Shown here: piece after piece, positions 33,016 to 43,118 of the stretch
Layout: every line of letters starts with the position of its first letter
Numbering within the stretch: the first letter of the stretch is position 1
DNA from: an uncultured candidatus Porisulfidus sp.
GTDB taxonomy: Bacteria; Pseudomonadota; Gammaproteobacteria; Poriferisulfidales; Oxydemutatoraceae
NCBI GenBank assembly: GCA_965215125.1
Contig: OZ244052.1
Coordinates: 1,024,001-1,088,000, forward strand
DNA: 64,000 bases
Direction of reading: 5' to 3'
Notes under the pieces: model-generated
What the model was told of the DNA's origin: nothing
What the model saw: the letters and a program-made list of their open reading frames with translations, nothing else
Databases searched by the model: none
Position numbers and translations under genes: made by a program

Positions 33016-34176
33016 ATGAGGTCACCCATGACTAGTATACTGTATGTTGGCATTGATGTTGATGATAAGAGTTTCACTGCCACAGCCATTTCTAAACACA
33101 ATAATCATCATTCCATTAAAACGCGTCCGGACTTTGCATCACTGCATAAGGCAATCACCAAAGTCGCTTTGCCGAATGAACGAATCAGGGTCTGTTATGA
33201 GGCGAGCTATTTAGGCTTTTCGTTAAAGCGACAATTTGATGCGGTGGGCATTCATTGTGATGTGATTGCGCCGTCGCTAATCCCGGTGCGTCCCTCGGAT
33301 CGTATCAAGACTGATCGTTTAGATAGCGTCAAGCTGACCGAATACTACCGGCAAGGTATGTTGAAAATCGTCCACGATATTGATACTGAGACCGAAAGTC
33401 ACCGACAACTCATTCGTGGACGTCAACAAGTGGTCAACACCTGCAAGATCTATAAACTGCAGATTTTGTCGTCGTGTCGTTATCGCGGGATTAGTTATCG
33501 TACCAGTATGCGGGCTAAGAGCTATTGGACGAAGCAACACATGGCATTCTTAAAGCGGTTGCTAGTCGACGAGAGTTTAGATAAGTATTTCCGCATTGAT
33601 TTAGAGAACAAGTTGTATCTATTGGAGACGCAACAAGGGGTTATCAGACGCTATGAGAACGATATACATCAGTTAGCGGTATCCGAGCCGTATCGTCGGG
33701 CGGTCGGCTATTTATGTTGTATCAGAGGCATTGCCGAGTTGATTGCCATGACGCTGATTGTTGAGATTGGCGACATCGGTCGGTTTGTCAAGGCGCGTCA
33801 TCTGGCCGGTTATGCCGGCTTGAGTATCAGTGAGTATAGTTCCGGTGGCAAGAGTCGCAAAGGGGGTATTACCGGGATGGGTAACAAATACATCCGCACG
33901 GTGTGCGTGGAAGCCTGCCAGTTGGCGGGTAGACGCTATAGCGTGAATAAGGCATTGCGTGCCCGACGCACCGACCAAGACCTAGTGGCTATAGAGATAG
34001 GCGACCGTTGCATGAAGCGTTTGTATAAGAAGTATCAGACGATGTATCATGCCAACAAACCATTCAACAAGATTAAGGTGGCGTGTGCCAGAGAGCTACT
34101 CGGTTTTGTGTGGGAAGCCTTGCGTGCTGCCCAGGCCGCTGAGAACGCATTGCACGCCGCACCGGTGGTTGAGTAA
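33016..34176 (+). CDS. IS110-family DEDD transposase/recombinase
   Basis: YVGIDV, CYEAS, KTDRLDS, YAGL..EYSSGG, ITGMGN, VACARELL; start probably the later ATG (MTSIL). Confidence 0.92.
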   Translation: MRSPMTSILYVGIDVDDKSFTATAISKHNNHHSIKTRPDFASLHKAITKVALPNERIRVCYEASYLGFSLKRQFDAVGIHCDVIAPSLIPVRPSDRIKTDRLDSVKLTEYYRQGMLKIVHDIDTETESHRQLIRGRQQVVNTCKIYKLQILSSCRYRGISYRTSMRAKSYWTKQHMAFLKRLLVDESLDKYFRIDLENKLYLLETQQGVIRRYENDIHQLAVSEPYRRAVGYLCCIRGIAELIAMTLIVEIGDIGRFVKARHLAGYAGLSISEYSSGGKSRKGGITGMGNKYIRTVCVEACQLAGRRYSVNKALRARRTDQDLVAIEIGDRCMKRLYKKYQTMYHANKPFNKIKVACARELLGFVWEALRAAQAAENALHAAPVVE

Positions 34177-34189
34177 GTTCGCTAAGCAA

Positions 34190-34470
34190 GAGGTTGCCAG
34201 ATAGAGTTTTGAGAGACCGAGGGAGTTGAAGCTAAAGTCAATGACAAGTTCCGAACTTAGATGCCGTCCTAGAGTATCTGCCCATAGAAAACTGCCAGGC
34301 GTGATGCGTGGCAGGGCAACTGACCGTAGATTAAGGGGCACAGTTCATCCAATTAACTTATCATGTGGTAATGCGAAAGCAAAGTACACGAATATGAGGT
34401 TGATAATACCGAACGACTCATTAGTTGAGTACTTTAGCGGCGCTGCGCTCGGTCTTTCTTCGGCACAGCA
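34190..34470 (+). ncRNA. Candidate bridge/seek RNA (boundaries approximate)
   Basis: Non-coding region after the transposase has TCTGCCC (34277) and CCGTAG (34324), matching the two target halves, around a CTGCCA/TGGCAG hairpin, plus ATATGAG (34392), matching the donor right end. Confidence 0.6.
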
Positions 34471-34687
34471 TGATGCCGTTAACAAGGAGATAAAGCAGGT
34501 GCACGAAAGTCGCCACGACAAGTGGCGCATACACATACCTGATGCATGCTTTAAGAGTGGTGGCGCATTGCTATCGCTCGCTCCTTGTTGGCATCATCTG
34601 TGCCGTCATTTAACCCTTGAGTTCTGGTGACTCTTGGGAATGTAGACTTCGGTAAAAATTTAATTTGACAAGCTGGTCATCCATATG

Positions 34688-34838
34688 AGGGGCAGACCTG
34701 TGTGTCTGCCCTTAAGTGCCGTTCTGCACAGCCGTAACCGCTTGCGCCGTATGGTTTTGGTTTCCATAAATCGGGTGAATGAATGTATAAATCGTGCCAA
34801 CCAGCGCGTTACGGGCGGACATGCAAGTCCGCCCCTAC
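34688..34838. repeat. Inverted GTAG-type REP pair (REPIN-like)
   Basis: (GT)AGGGGCAGACCTGTGTGTCTGCCC and GGGCGGACATGCAAGTCCGCCCCTAC. Confidence 0.8.
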
Positions 34839-34921
34839 CACTCTATGGAATACTTTTTCAACAGCCCCATCGTATCTGCACTATTTTATACATTCATCCA
34901 TTTGATCTATAGCACCCATAC

Positions 34922-35030
34922 ATGAAACGGTTTTCTATTAAAAACACCCGGTCTATTTCCTCCTGCTCGTATGCATCGAAGATCACCTTCATCGTGCCTA
35001 GTAATTGAGTGAACTGCGGGGAGTCGCCCA
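34922..35030 (-). pseudogene. atpG: Internal fragment of atpG (duplicate)
   Basis: Matches 42564-42672 with a few substitutions. Confidence 0.9.
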
Positions 35031-35137
35031 TGCGATTACCGTAGGGGTTGCGGTCAGTTTAGCTAGCTATACCATTTTTTAGATTACTATTGTTATACTA
35101 CTACGATTATTTAATCCCAATATGTGGAGAGCTAAAA

Positions 35138-36673
35138 ATGATAAAGAAAATAACAATACTTAAAGTAATGGTAATTGCCATGATTTGGGGGGGATTTGTT
35201 GCTAAAACAGTATCAAGCAATCAAGAGATCACCCATGAGGATGGTGCAGATGTGGTGAGAGACTACCAGCAGGCGGCTGCACAAGGAGATGCAACGGCTC
35301 AATACAAACTTGGGGCGATGTATTACAAAGACGAGGGTGTGCCAATAGACTATGCAGAAGCAGCTAAGTGGTTTTTAAAAGCTGCCGAGCAAGGAAATGC
35401 AGATGCTCAATATAGCCTTGAGTGGATGTATGACAATGGCGAGGGTGGGTCAAAAGAAGATTACATGAAAGCATGGGAGTTGCTCTTTGAGTGGTTTGAA
35501 AAAGCAGCCGAGCAAGGAGATGTGTCTGCTCAATATGAACTTGGGTGGATGTATTACAACGGCGAAGGTGTACCAATAGACTATGCAGAAGCAGCTAAGT
35601 GGTTTTTAAAAGCTGCCGAGCAAGGAAATGCAGATGCTCAATATAACCTTGGAGTGATGTATTACAATGGCGAGGGTATATCAAAAAACTATGCAAGAGC
35701 AATTGAATGGTATGAAAAAGCTGCCGAGCAAGGAAATGCAGATGCTCAATATAACCTTGGAGTGATGTATTACAATGGCGAGGGTATATCAAAAAACTAT
35801 GCAAGAGCAATTGAATGGTATGAAAAAGCAGCCGAGCAAGGACTTGCAGAAGCTCAACACATGCTGGGGGTGATGTATTACAAGGGCGAGGGGGCATCAA
35901 AAGACTATACAAAAGCGTTTGAATGGATTGAAAAAGCAGCCGAGCAAGGACATGCAGATGCCCAATACGGCCTTGGCTGGATGTATTACAAAGACGAAGG
36001 GGTGTCAAACAATTATACAAAAGCGGCTGAATGGTTCGAAAAAGCAGCTGCACAAGGACATGCAGATGCTCAATATAACCTTGGAATGATGTATTACGAT
36101 GGCAAGGGTATGTCAAAAAACTATACAAAGACAATTAAATGGTATCAAAAAGCAGCCGAGCAAGGACATGCAGATGCCCAATATAACCTTGGGCTGATGT
36201 ATTATTTTGGTAGAGGAATACCAAAAGACTATACAAAGGCGGTTGAATGGTTTGAAAAGGCTGCGGCACAGGGAGATACAGATGCTCAGTCTTCGATCAT
36301 TGCCTTTCTTAAAATCAGACATTGGCCAGTCTCATTATCGCAAGCAATAGCTATTGTACTAGTTCAGATCTCATTTTTTGGTTTTATTATTGGACGCATA
36401 ATTAGGCACCTTAAAAATAATAAAGATGAACCTTACAGTCGCTCTGTCTCTTTTTTTATTGCTATGCCGGTTGGCTTTTTGTTTTGGATTTTAGTATTCA
36501 TGTTATTTAATGGGGCACATCCCGCTTATCTTTTTTCTACAGTTGGATTATGGTTTGCTTTAAGGGAAAAGATAATTCGGATTAAAACAAAATACTTGCT
36601 GCTGATATTATTTGTACCAACAATCTTATTTATGAAATGGTACATAGATTTCTTTTCCTTTTATCATTTGTAA
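35138..36673 (+). CDS. Sel1-like repeat protein with 9 repeats and a C-terminal multi-TM tail
   Basis: AQYxLGxMYYxGEG..DYxKAxEWFEKAAEQG repeats; GGAG RBS before ATG 35138; signal-like N-terminus. Confidence 0.9.
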   Translation: MIKKITILKVMVIAMIWGGFVAKTVSSNQEITHEDGADVVRDYQQAAAQGDATAQYKLGAMYYKDEGVPIDYAEAAKWFLKAAEQGNADAQYSLEWMYDNGEGGSKEDYMKAWELLFEWFEKAAEQGDVSAQYELGWMYYNGEGVPIDYAEAAKWFLKAAEQGNADAQYNLGVMYYNGEGISKNYARAIEWYEKAAEQGNADAQYNLGVMYYNGEGISKNYARAIEWYEKAAEQGLAEAQHMLGVMYYKGEGASKDYTKAFEWIEKAAEQGHADAQYGLGWMYYKDEGVSNNYTKAAEWFEKAAAQGHADAQYNLGMMYYDGKGMSKNYTKTIKWYQKAAEQGHADAQYNLGLMYYFGRGIPKDYTKAVEWFEKAAAQGDTDAQSSIIAFLKIRHWPVSLSQAIAIVLVQISFFGFIIGRIIRHLKNNKDEPYSRSVSFFIAMPVGFLFWILVFMLFNGAHPAYLFSTVGLWFALREKIIRIKTKYLLLILFVPTILFMKWYIDFFSFYHL

Positions 36674-36726
36674 CATAAGAGATTGCAGCTTTTTATAGTT
36701 TTATATTATGGAATTTAGGATATAAG

Positions 36727-36833
36727 ATGATAGTTATACTTGGATCGTTGATAAAGGTTATAGTTGGTTTATTACTTGTGTACGTTTCTTTATATTTATT
36801 ATCAGATCAATCTTTACCAGCTTTCTTTACTTG
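36727..36833 (+). pseudogene. Membrane-protein ORF truncated by the IS3 element
   Basis: Hydrophobic N-terminus with an AGGA RBS runs into the IS left end at 36834. Confidence 0.4.
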
Positions 36834-36920
36834 TGACGTTCTCCCTAAATTTATTACCGATGTTAAAGTCGGTTTTTCCGATAAACTAGAGAAGTTAAAA
36901 ACATTACAGGAGAACTTAAC

Positions 36921-37187
36921 ATGAAGAGAAAACGTTTTAGTGAAGAACAAATCATTAAGGCATTAAAGTCAAATCAAGCCGGCATGAAAGTAGTCGATAT
37001 CTGTCGTGATTTAGGCATCGCCGAACAGACATTTCATCGCTGGCGCAGCAAGTATAATGGCATGGAAGTGGCAGAAGCCAAACGCCTGCGAGAGCTTGAA
37101 GCCGATAATAGCAAGCTCAAGAAGCTATTGGCTGAATCGGTGATGCAGTGTGAAACACTCAAGGAGGTATTATCAAAAAAGTGGTAA
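36921..37187 (+). CDS. IS3 transposase OrfA
   Basis: RFSEEQII, TFHRWRSKY, LRELEADN; AAAAAAG -1 frameshift motif at the end. Confidence 0.9.
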   Translation: MKRKRFSEEQIIKALKSNQAGMKVVDICRDLGIAEQTFHRWRSKYNGMEVAEAKRLRELEADNSKLKKLLAESVMQCETLKEVLSKKW

Positions 37188-38005
37188 AGCCGGCGCAACG
37201 CAAGCAGATTGTCAAAGATCTAGTGAGCGCGGGTCGGCATAGTGAACGCACTGCGTGTGCCCTTGCCAGTATTAGTCGCACTGCATATCGCTATCAGGGC
37301 AACCAAGCCGATAAAGATCGTCAACTGGAAGTTGCGTTACTGGAGAAGGCAAAGCAGTATCCACATTATGGCTATAAGATGTTGCATGCGCTTTTGAAGA
37401 GCGAAGGCCGGGTCGTCAATGTGAAGCGTACCTATAGGCTTTATAAGAAGCTTGGGCTTGAATTGAGAACCAAGAAGTGCAAGAAGCTGTGTCGTCCGCG
37501 TGGCGTGCCGAAAACACCGGCAACGGTGAATGAGTGCTGGTCAATGGACTTTGTGCATGACCAGTTTAGCGATGGCAGATGCTTTCGGGTATTGAACATA
37601 GTAGATAACTTCAGCCGTGAATGTGTCGGGCAGATTGTTGATGTTTCGATTACCGGTCAACGCGTAGCAAATTATCTATCCGAATTGATAGAACGGCTCG
37701 GCGTAAAGCCGGCACGCATCGTCTGCGACAATGGCACCGAGTTTAGATGCAAGGCGATGTTCCACTGGAGCCGAGATCAGCAGGTGGAATTGGACTTTAT
37801 CCAACCCGGCAAACCGACCCAGAATGCCTTTGTAGAAAGTTTCAACGGCAAGTTCCGAGACGGTTGCCTGAACCAGTTCTGGTTTCGTTCAATAAAAGAG
37901 GCGAGAGAGATTATAGAAGCCTGGCGAATAGATTATAATGAAGTCCGTCCGTACAGCGCATTGGGTTATCAACCCCCGAGTGTATTTGCGGAGGCTATAG
38001 CATGA
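37181..38005 (+). CDS. IS3 transposase OrfB (DDE)
   Basis: WSMDFVHD, CDNGTEF, PGKPTQNAFVESFNGKFRD. Confidence 0.92.
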   Translation: MVKPAQRKQIVKDLVSAGRHSERTACALASISRTAYRYQGNQADKDRQLEVALLEKAKQYPHYGYKMLHALLKSEGRVVNVKRTYRLYKKLGLELRTKKCKKLCRPRGVPKTPATVNECWSMDFVHDQFSDGRCFRVLNIVDNFSRECVGQIVDVSITGQRVANYLSELIERLGVKPARIVCDNGTEFRCKAMFHWSRDQQVELDFIQPGKPTQNAFVESFNGKFRDGCLNQFWFRSIKEAREIIEAWRIDYNEVRPYSALGYQPPSVFAEAIA

Positions 38006-38107
38006 AAACTAACTTTGTAGATGGTAATAAAAATGGGGTAACGTCAGGAGTTATCTGGTTTCTAGCCTGTTTTTTCCTATGAAAACTTTGTCATTACTTT
38101 GACGTTA

Positions 38108-39402
38108 GGACTCGTTAAAAAATAAATTTCACAACTTTAATATTGTGTAATTCCATTCTCCGTGAAATGATGCTTTCTTTATTTTGATTTTTTCCATTTT
38201 TTCTTTAGAAACTTTAATTCCTTTTTCGTACTTTTTTTTGTCAATCCGAGATTGAACCTTTAAGCCGGCTTGCGTTGTCGTAGCAGCTATAAGATTAACA
38301 ACTGTTTGGTAATCTCTTAAGGGTTGCCCTCTCCAGTTTATGCTTATATAAGAGAACAAACGGTGTTCGATTTTGTTCCATTTGCTCGTTCCCGGAGGGT
38401 AGTGACACACTGTAATGGAAAGACCTTCTTGTTTTGCAAACTTATATAACTCCCATTTCCATAGGTGGGAACGATAGCTATTGCTACCGCTACTATCTGC
38501 ACACAACAACAATTTAGAAGTCTTGGGATATCTTTTTTTACCCATTTTTTTCCACCACTGGCGGATACTTTCTACAGAGAACTCTGCGGTATCGGCACTG
38601 ATACCCACATTGACCCAAGCTTCATTTTTGCCAACATCATAAACTCCATAGGGAACTGCTTTTGGAGACTCTGGATCAGGAAAGTCATGCACATTCACTC
38701 GCTCAGGATTTTTTTTCTTACTCCATTTTTCCCCCCCGTTCTTATAATTACCTATGAGTTCTTTCTTTTTTGTATCTATAGAAAGAACCGGAAACCCCCT
38801 TGCTAAAAACCATTTGGCTCTTTTATTGATAAACGAAAACTGCTCATTTCTATCAGGATGCTTTGCACCTTCTAAAGTCTTTTGATTGGCCTGAAGGCTA
38901 AACTCAAGCTCTTTTAATAAAGAAGCGACACTCGGATAACTTATCTCATATCCTCTAGCCCTTAACTCTTTCTCCAGAGAACGAACGCTTTTACAAGTCC
39001 AACGCAAAGGCGACTCAGGATCGCCTCGAACACAAGGTTCCATTAAACTTTCTATTTCATCTACAATCCCAGGAAACTTATCGATGATCTTTTTTCTTCC
39101 GCCGCCTTTTTTTCTAACCCTATTTGAAACATCTGTCTGTTTATCTTTAGCTTCATTTAAATCTTTCATTCCACGATAAATCGTTGGTCTAGAGACACCG
39201 ATTATTTTTGACAACTTTTCTATTCCACCATATCCTAAATTACAGGCTTCAGCAGCTATAAGTATTCTGCGTTGCTTTTCGTTTAAGTGTGGTAATACAG
39301 ACGATAACTTTATTTTAAGTTGACTATCTTTTTCCTTATCACTCATAAACTAAAGATAGCACAATTAGATCTAAATGTAAAGTTTATTTTTTAACAAATA
39401 CT
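38108..39402 (-). mobile_element. ISAzo13-family insertion sequence (ends approximate)
   Basis: Imperfect IRs with core GTTAAAAAATAAA / TTTATTTTTTAAC; AT-rich. Confidence 0.75.
38129..39346 (-). CDS. ISAzo13-family transposase
   Basis: GDPESPLRWTCKS, SIDTKKKELIGN, PYGVYD, HYPPGTSKWNKIEHRLFS, HGEWNYTI. Confidence 0.9.
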   Translation of the reverse strand: MSDKEKDSQLKIKLSSVLPHLNEKQRRILIAAEACNLGYGGIEKLSKIIGVSRPTIYRGMKDLNEAKDKQTDVSNRVRKKGGGRKKIIDKFPGIVDEIESLMEPCVRGDPESPLRWTCKSVRSLEKELRARGYEISYPSVASLLKELEFSLQANQKTLEGAKHPDRNEQFSFINKRAKWFLARGFPVLSIDTKKKELIGNYKNGGEKWSKKKNPERVNVHDFPDPESPKAVPYGVYDVGKNEAWVNVGISADTAEFSVESIRQWWKKMGKKRYPKTSKLLLCADSSGSNSYRSHLWKWELYKFAKQEGLSITVCHYPPGTSKWNKIEHRLFSYISINWRGQPLRDYQTVVNLIAATTTQAGLKVQSRIDKKKYEKGIKVSKEKMEKIKIKKASFHGEWNYTILKL

Positions 39403-39463
39403 TACCCCTTTTTTAGATTATTACTGTTATGATTATTTAACCTAAATATGCGGGGAGTTAAAA

Positions 39464-40333
39464 ATGATAAAGAAAATAATGATACTTAAAATAGTCCTAA
39501 TTACCGTAATTTGGGGAGGGCTTGTTGTCAAAACAGTATCAAGCAATCAAGAAATTATCCATGAGGATGTTGGAAATGTGATGAGAGACTACCAGCAAGC
39601 GGCAGCACAAGGAGATGTAGCAGCTCAATATAATCTTGGGTGGGTGTATTACAGCGGCGAGGATGTACCAAAGGATTACACGAAAGCGTTTGAGTGGTTT
39701 GAAAAAGCAGCTACACAAGAATATGCTCTTGCTCAATACAACCTTGGGGTGATGTATTACAACGGTGAGGGGCTGCCAAAAGATTATATGAAAGCGTTTG
39801 AGTGGTTTGAAAAAGCGGCTACACAGGAATACGCTCCTGCTCAATACAACTTAGGAGTGATATATCACAATGGCGAGGATGTACTAAAAGATTACACAAA
39901 AGCGATTGAGTGGCTTGAGAAAGCAGCCAATCAGGGACTTGCAGAAGCTCAATACAACTTAGGGTTTATGCATTACAATGGCGAGGGTGTACCAAAAGAT
40001 TACACAAAAGCGATTGAGTGGTATCAAAAAGCAGCCAATCAGGGACTTGCAGAAGCTCAATACAACCTTGGGGGGATGTATGGCATCGGGCAAGGTGTAT
40101 CACAAAACGATGCAAAGGCACTTGAATGGTTTGAAAAAGCAGCTGCACAAGGAAATACAGATGCGCAAGATGCTCTTAACAAAACTAAACAGTCGACAGT
40201 CTTTTTTTCTGATATGTTAGACAAAGCATTTTTAGCAGCATTTTTGGGTGCGTTGGGAGGTGGGGTTATAGCTCTTTTCTTCATGTTTTATGATTTCCTT
40301 GTCTCTACAATTAAAAATAAAGTTAAGCGGTGA
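39464..40333 (+). CDS. Sel1-like repeat protein with 5 repeats and one C-terminal TM
   Basis: Sel1 repeats; leader and upstream DNA paralogous to the 35138 gene. Confidence 0.9.
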   Translation: MIKKIMILKIVLITVIWGGLVVKTVSSNQEIIHEDVGNVMRDYQQAAAQGDVAAQYNLGWVYYSGEDVPKDYTKAFEWFEKAATQEYALAQYNLGVMYYNGEGLPKDYMKAFEWFEKAATQEYAPAQYNLGVIYHNGEDVLKDYTKAIEWLEKAANQGLAEAQYNLGFMHYNGEGVPKDYTKAIEWYQKAANQGLAEAQYNLGGMYGIGQGVSQNDAKALEWFEKAAAQGNTDAQDALNKTKQSTVFFSDMLDKAFLAAFLGALGGGVIALFFMFYDFLVSTIKNKVKR

Positions 40334-40374
40334 CGTTCCCCCATTTTTAGAACCACCCCGTCAGGCTGCGCCTG
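40331..40374. repeat. Orphan IS3 end fused to a repeat fragment at the duplication junction
   Basis: TGACGTTCCCCCATTTTTA is 18/19 identical to the reverse complement of the IS3 right end; followed by accaccccgtcaggctgcgcctg. Confidence 0.7.
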
Positions 40375-40382
40375 TGTGTGGG

Positions 40383-40802
40383 TTAGCGGCCGCGTTTGCG
40401 CAGGCGTTCTATCATGCGAAGTTGGGCGGCAACTTCGGCAAGTTCGGTCATCGCTTTGGCAGTTTCTATATCGGTGAGTTGGCTTTGTAGCAGTTCTTCG
40501 GCACGTTGTTTGGCTTCCAGTGCTCTGGCTTCGTCCAGATCTTCGCCACGCAAGGCGGTATCGGTTAGCACGGTGACCATGTGCGGTTGTACTTCTATCA
40601 CGCCGCCGGAGACATAGAAGTGGCGGTCGTCTTGACCTTCCATGCGCACCCGCACTTCGCCGGGACGCAAGGTTGATAGAAAGGGTGCATGCTGCGGATA
40701 GATGCCGACTTCGCCCATTTCGGCTTCGGCAAAAACCGCATTCACCTCGCCGTTGAAGATCTCCTCTTCGGCACTAACAATATAAGTACGTATCGTGTTC
40801 AT
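40383..40802 (-). CDS. atpC: ATP synthase epsilon subunit
   Basis: Last gene of the intact atp operon. Confidence 0.97.
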   Translation of the reverse strand: MNTIRTYIVSAEEEIFNGEVNAVFAEAEMGEVGIYPQHAPFLSTLRPGEVRVRMEGQDDRHFYVSGGVIEVQPHMVTVLTDTALRGEDLDEARALEAKQRAEELLQSQLTDIETAKAMTELAEVAAQLRMIERLRKRGR

Positions 40803-40823
40803 CTGTAGCGGCGTAGGGTTGGC

Positions 40824-42218
<1,395 letters not shown>

Positions 42219-42229
42219 CTATCTATAGG

Positions 42230-43090
42230 TTAAATTGCAGCAGCACCTCCGACAATCTCGGAAAGCTCCTGTGTAATCGCTGCCTGACGCGCTTTGTTAT
42301 AAGCGAGTTGCAGCTCGTCAATCAGTGAACCGGCGTTCTCCGATGCGCTCTTCATCGCAACCATGCGCGCCGCCATCTCGCAGGCGACATTTTCCACGAC
42401 CGCCTGATAAACTTGTGATTCGATATAACGCTTGAGCACAAAATCAAGCACGCCGTGCGAATCCGGTTCATAAATATAATCCCAATAATGCTTCATGCTC
42501 TCGTCCTCTATCGGCGGCACCGGCAACAGCTGCAGGGCTTGCGGCTTTTGGGTCATTGTATTTATGAAACGGTTCTCTATTAAAAACACCCGGTCTATTT
42601 CCTCCTGCTCGTATGCGTCGAATATCACCTTCATCGTGCCTAGTAATTGAGTGAGTTGCGGAGAGTCGCCCAGATGAGAGGTTTTGGAAATAATCTTTGT
42701 ATAGCGTCTGAAAAAGCCTGCGCCTTTACTACCGATCGTCGTCACTTTAATATCAACACCTTTATCTTTCCATTCGCGCATCGATGCGAGTGCAGCCTTG
42801 AACAGATTGACATTGAGACCGCCGCAGAGTCCGCGGTCAGTAGAGACGATGATATAGCCGACATTTTTCACCTCTTCCCGCTTTGTCAAAAAGGGGTGCT
42901 GGTATTCAAAATGCGCTTGTGCAATATGCCCGAGTAAGGCGCGCATGCGATCGGCATAAGGACGGCTGGCAGCCATTTTATCTTGGGCACGACGCATTTT
43001 ACTGGCGGCGACCATTTCCATCGCCTTAGTAATTTTTTGCGTGTTTTTAACGCTCGTTATTTTGGTTCTTATTTCCTTGCCGACTGCCAT
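42230..43090 (-). CDS. atpG: ATP synthase gamma subunit
   Basis: [33 protein letters not shown]. Confidence 0.98.
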   Translation of the reverse strand: MAVGKEIRTKITSVKNTQKITKAMEMVAASKMRRAQDKMAASRPYADRMRALLGHIAQAHFEYQHPFLTKREEVKNVGYIIVSTDRGLCGGLNVNLFKAALASMREWKDKGVDIKVTTIGSKGAGFFRRYTKIISKTSHLGDSPQLTQLLGTMKVIFDAYEQEEIDRVFLIENRFINTMTQKPQALQLLPVPPIEDESMKHYWDYIYEPDSHGVLDFVLKRYIESQVYQAVVENVACEMAARMVAMKSASENAGSLIDELQLAYNKARQAAITQELSEIVGGAAAI

Positions 43091-43118
43091 ATTCTTTGCC
43101 TAAACAATTGCTCGGTTG

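Larger units (their letters stand above)
32928..34689 (+). mobile_element. IS110-family element, IS1111 type, inserted in a REP
   Basis: 16-bp perfect subterminal IRs TATGGATGACCAGCTT (32932-47) / AAGCTGGTCATCCATA (34670-85); AG at both junctions; long downstream non-coding region. Confidence 0.85.
32850..34868. mobile_element. MITE (about 257 bp without the nested IS) containing an inverted REP pair
   Basis: Perfect 20-bp TIR GGGGCTGTTGAAAAAGTATT / AATACTTTTTCAACAGCCCC; 5-bp TSD ATCGT at 32845-49 and 34869-73. Confidence 0.85.
36834..38046 (+). mobile_element. IS3-family insertion sequence
   Basis: TG..CA ends with imperfect IRs TGACGTT..TTTATTACC / GGTAATAAAAATGGGGTAACGTCA; no TSD visible. 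Confidence 0.9.

Noticed and set aside
34226-34630. 134-aa ORF as an IS passenger gene
   Set aside because: No recognisable motifs or clear RBS; it overlaps the predicted guide-RNA region.
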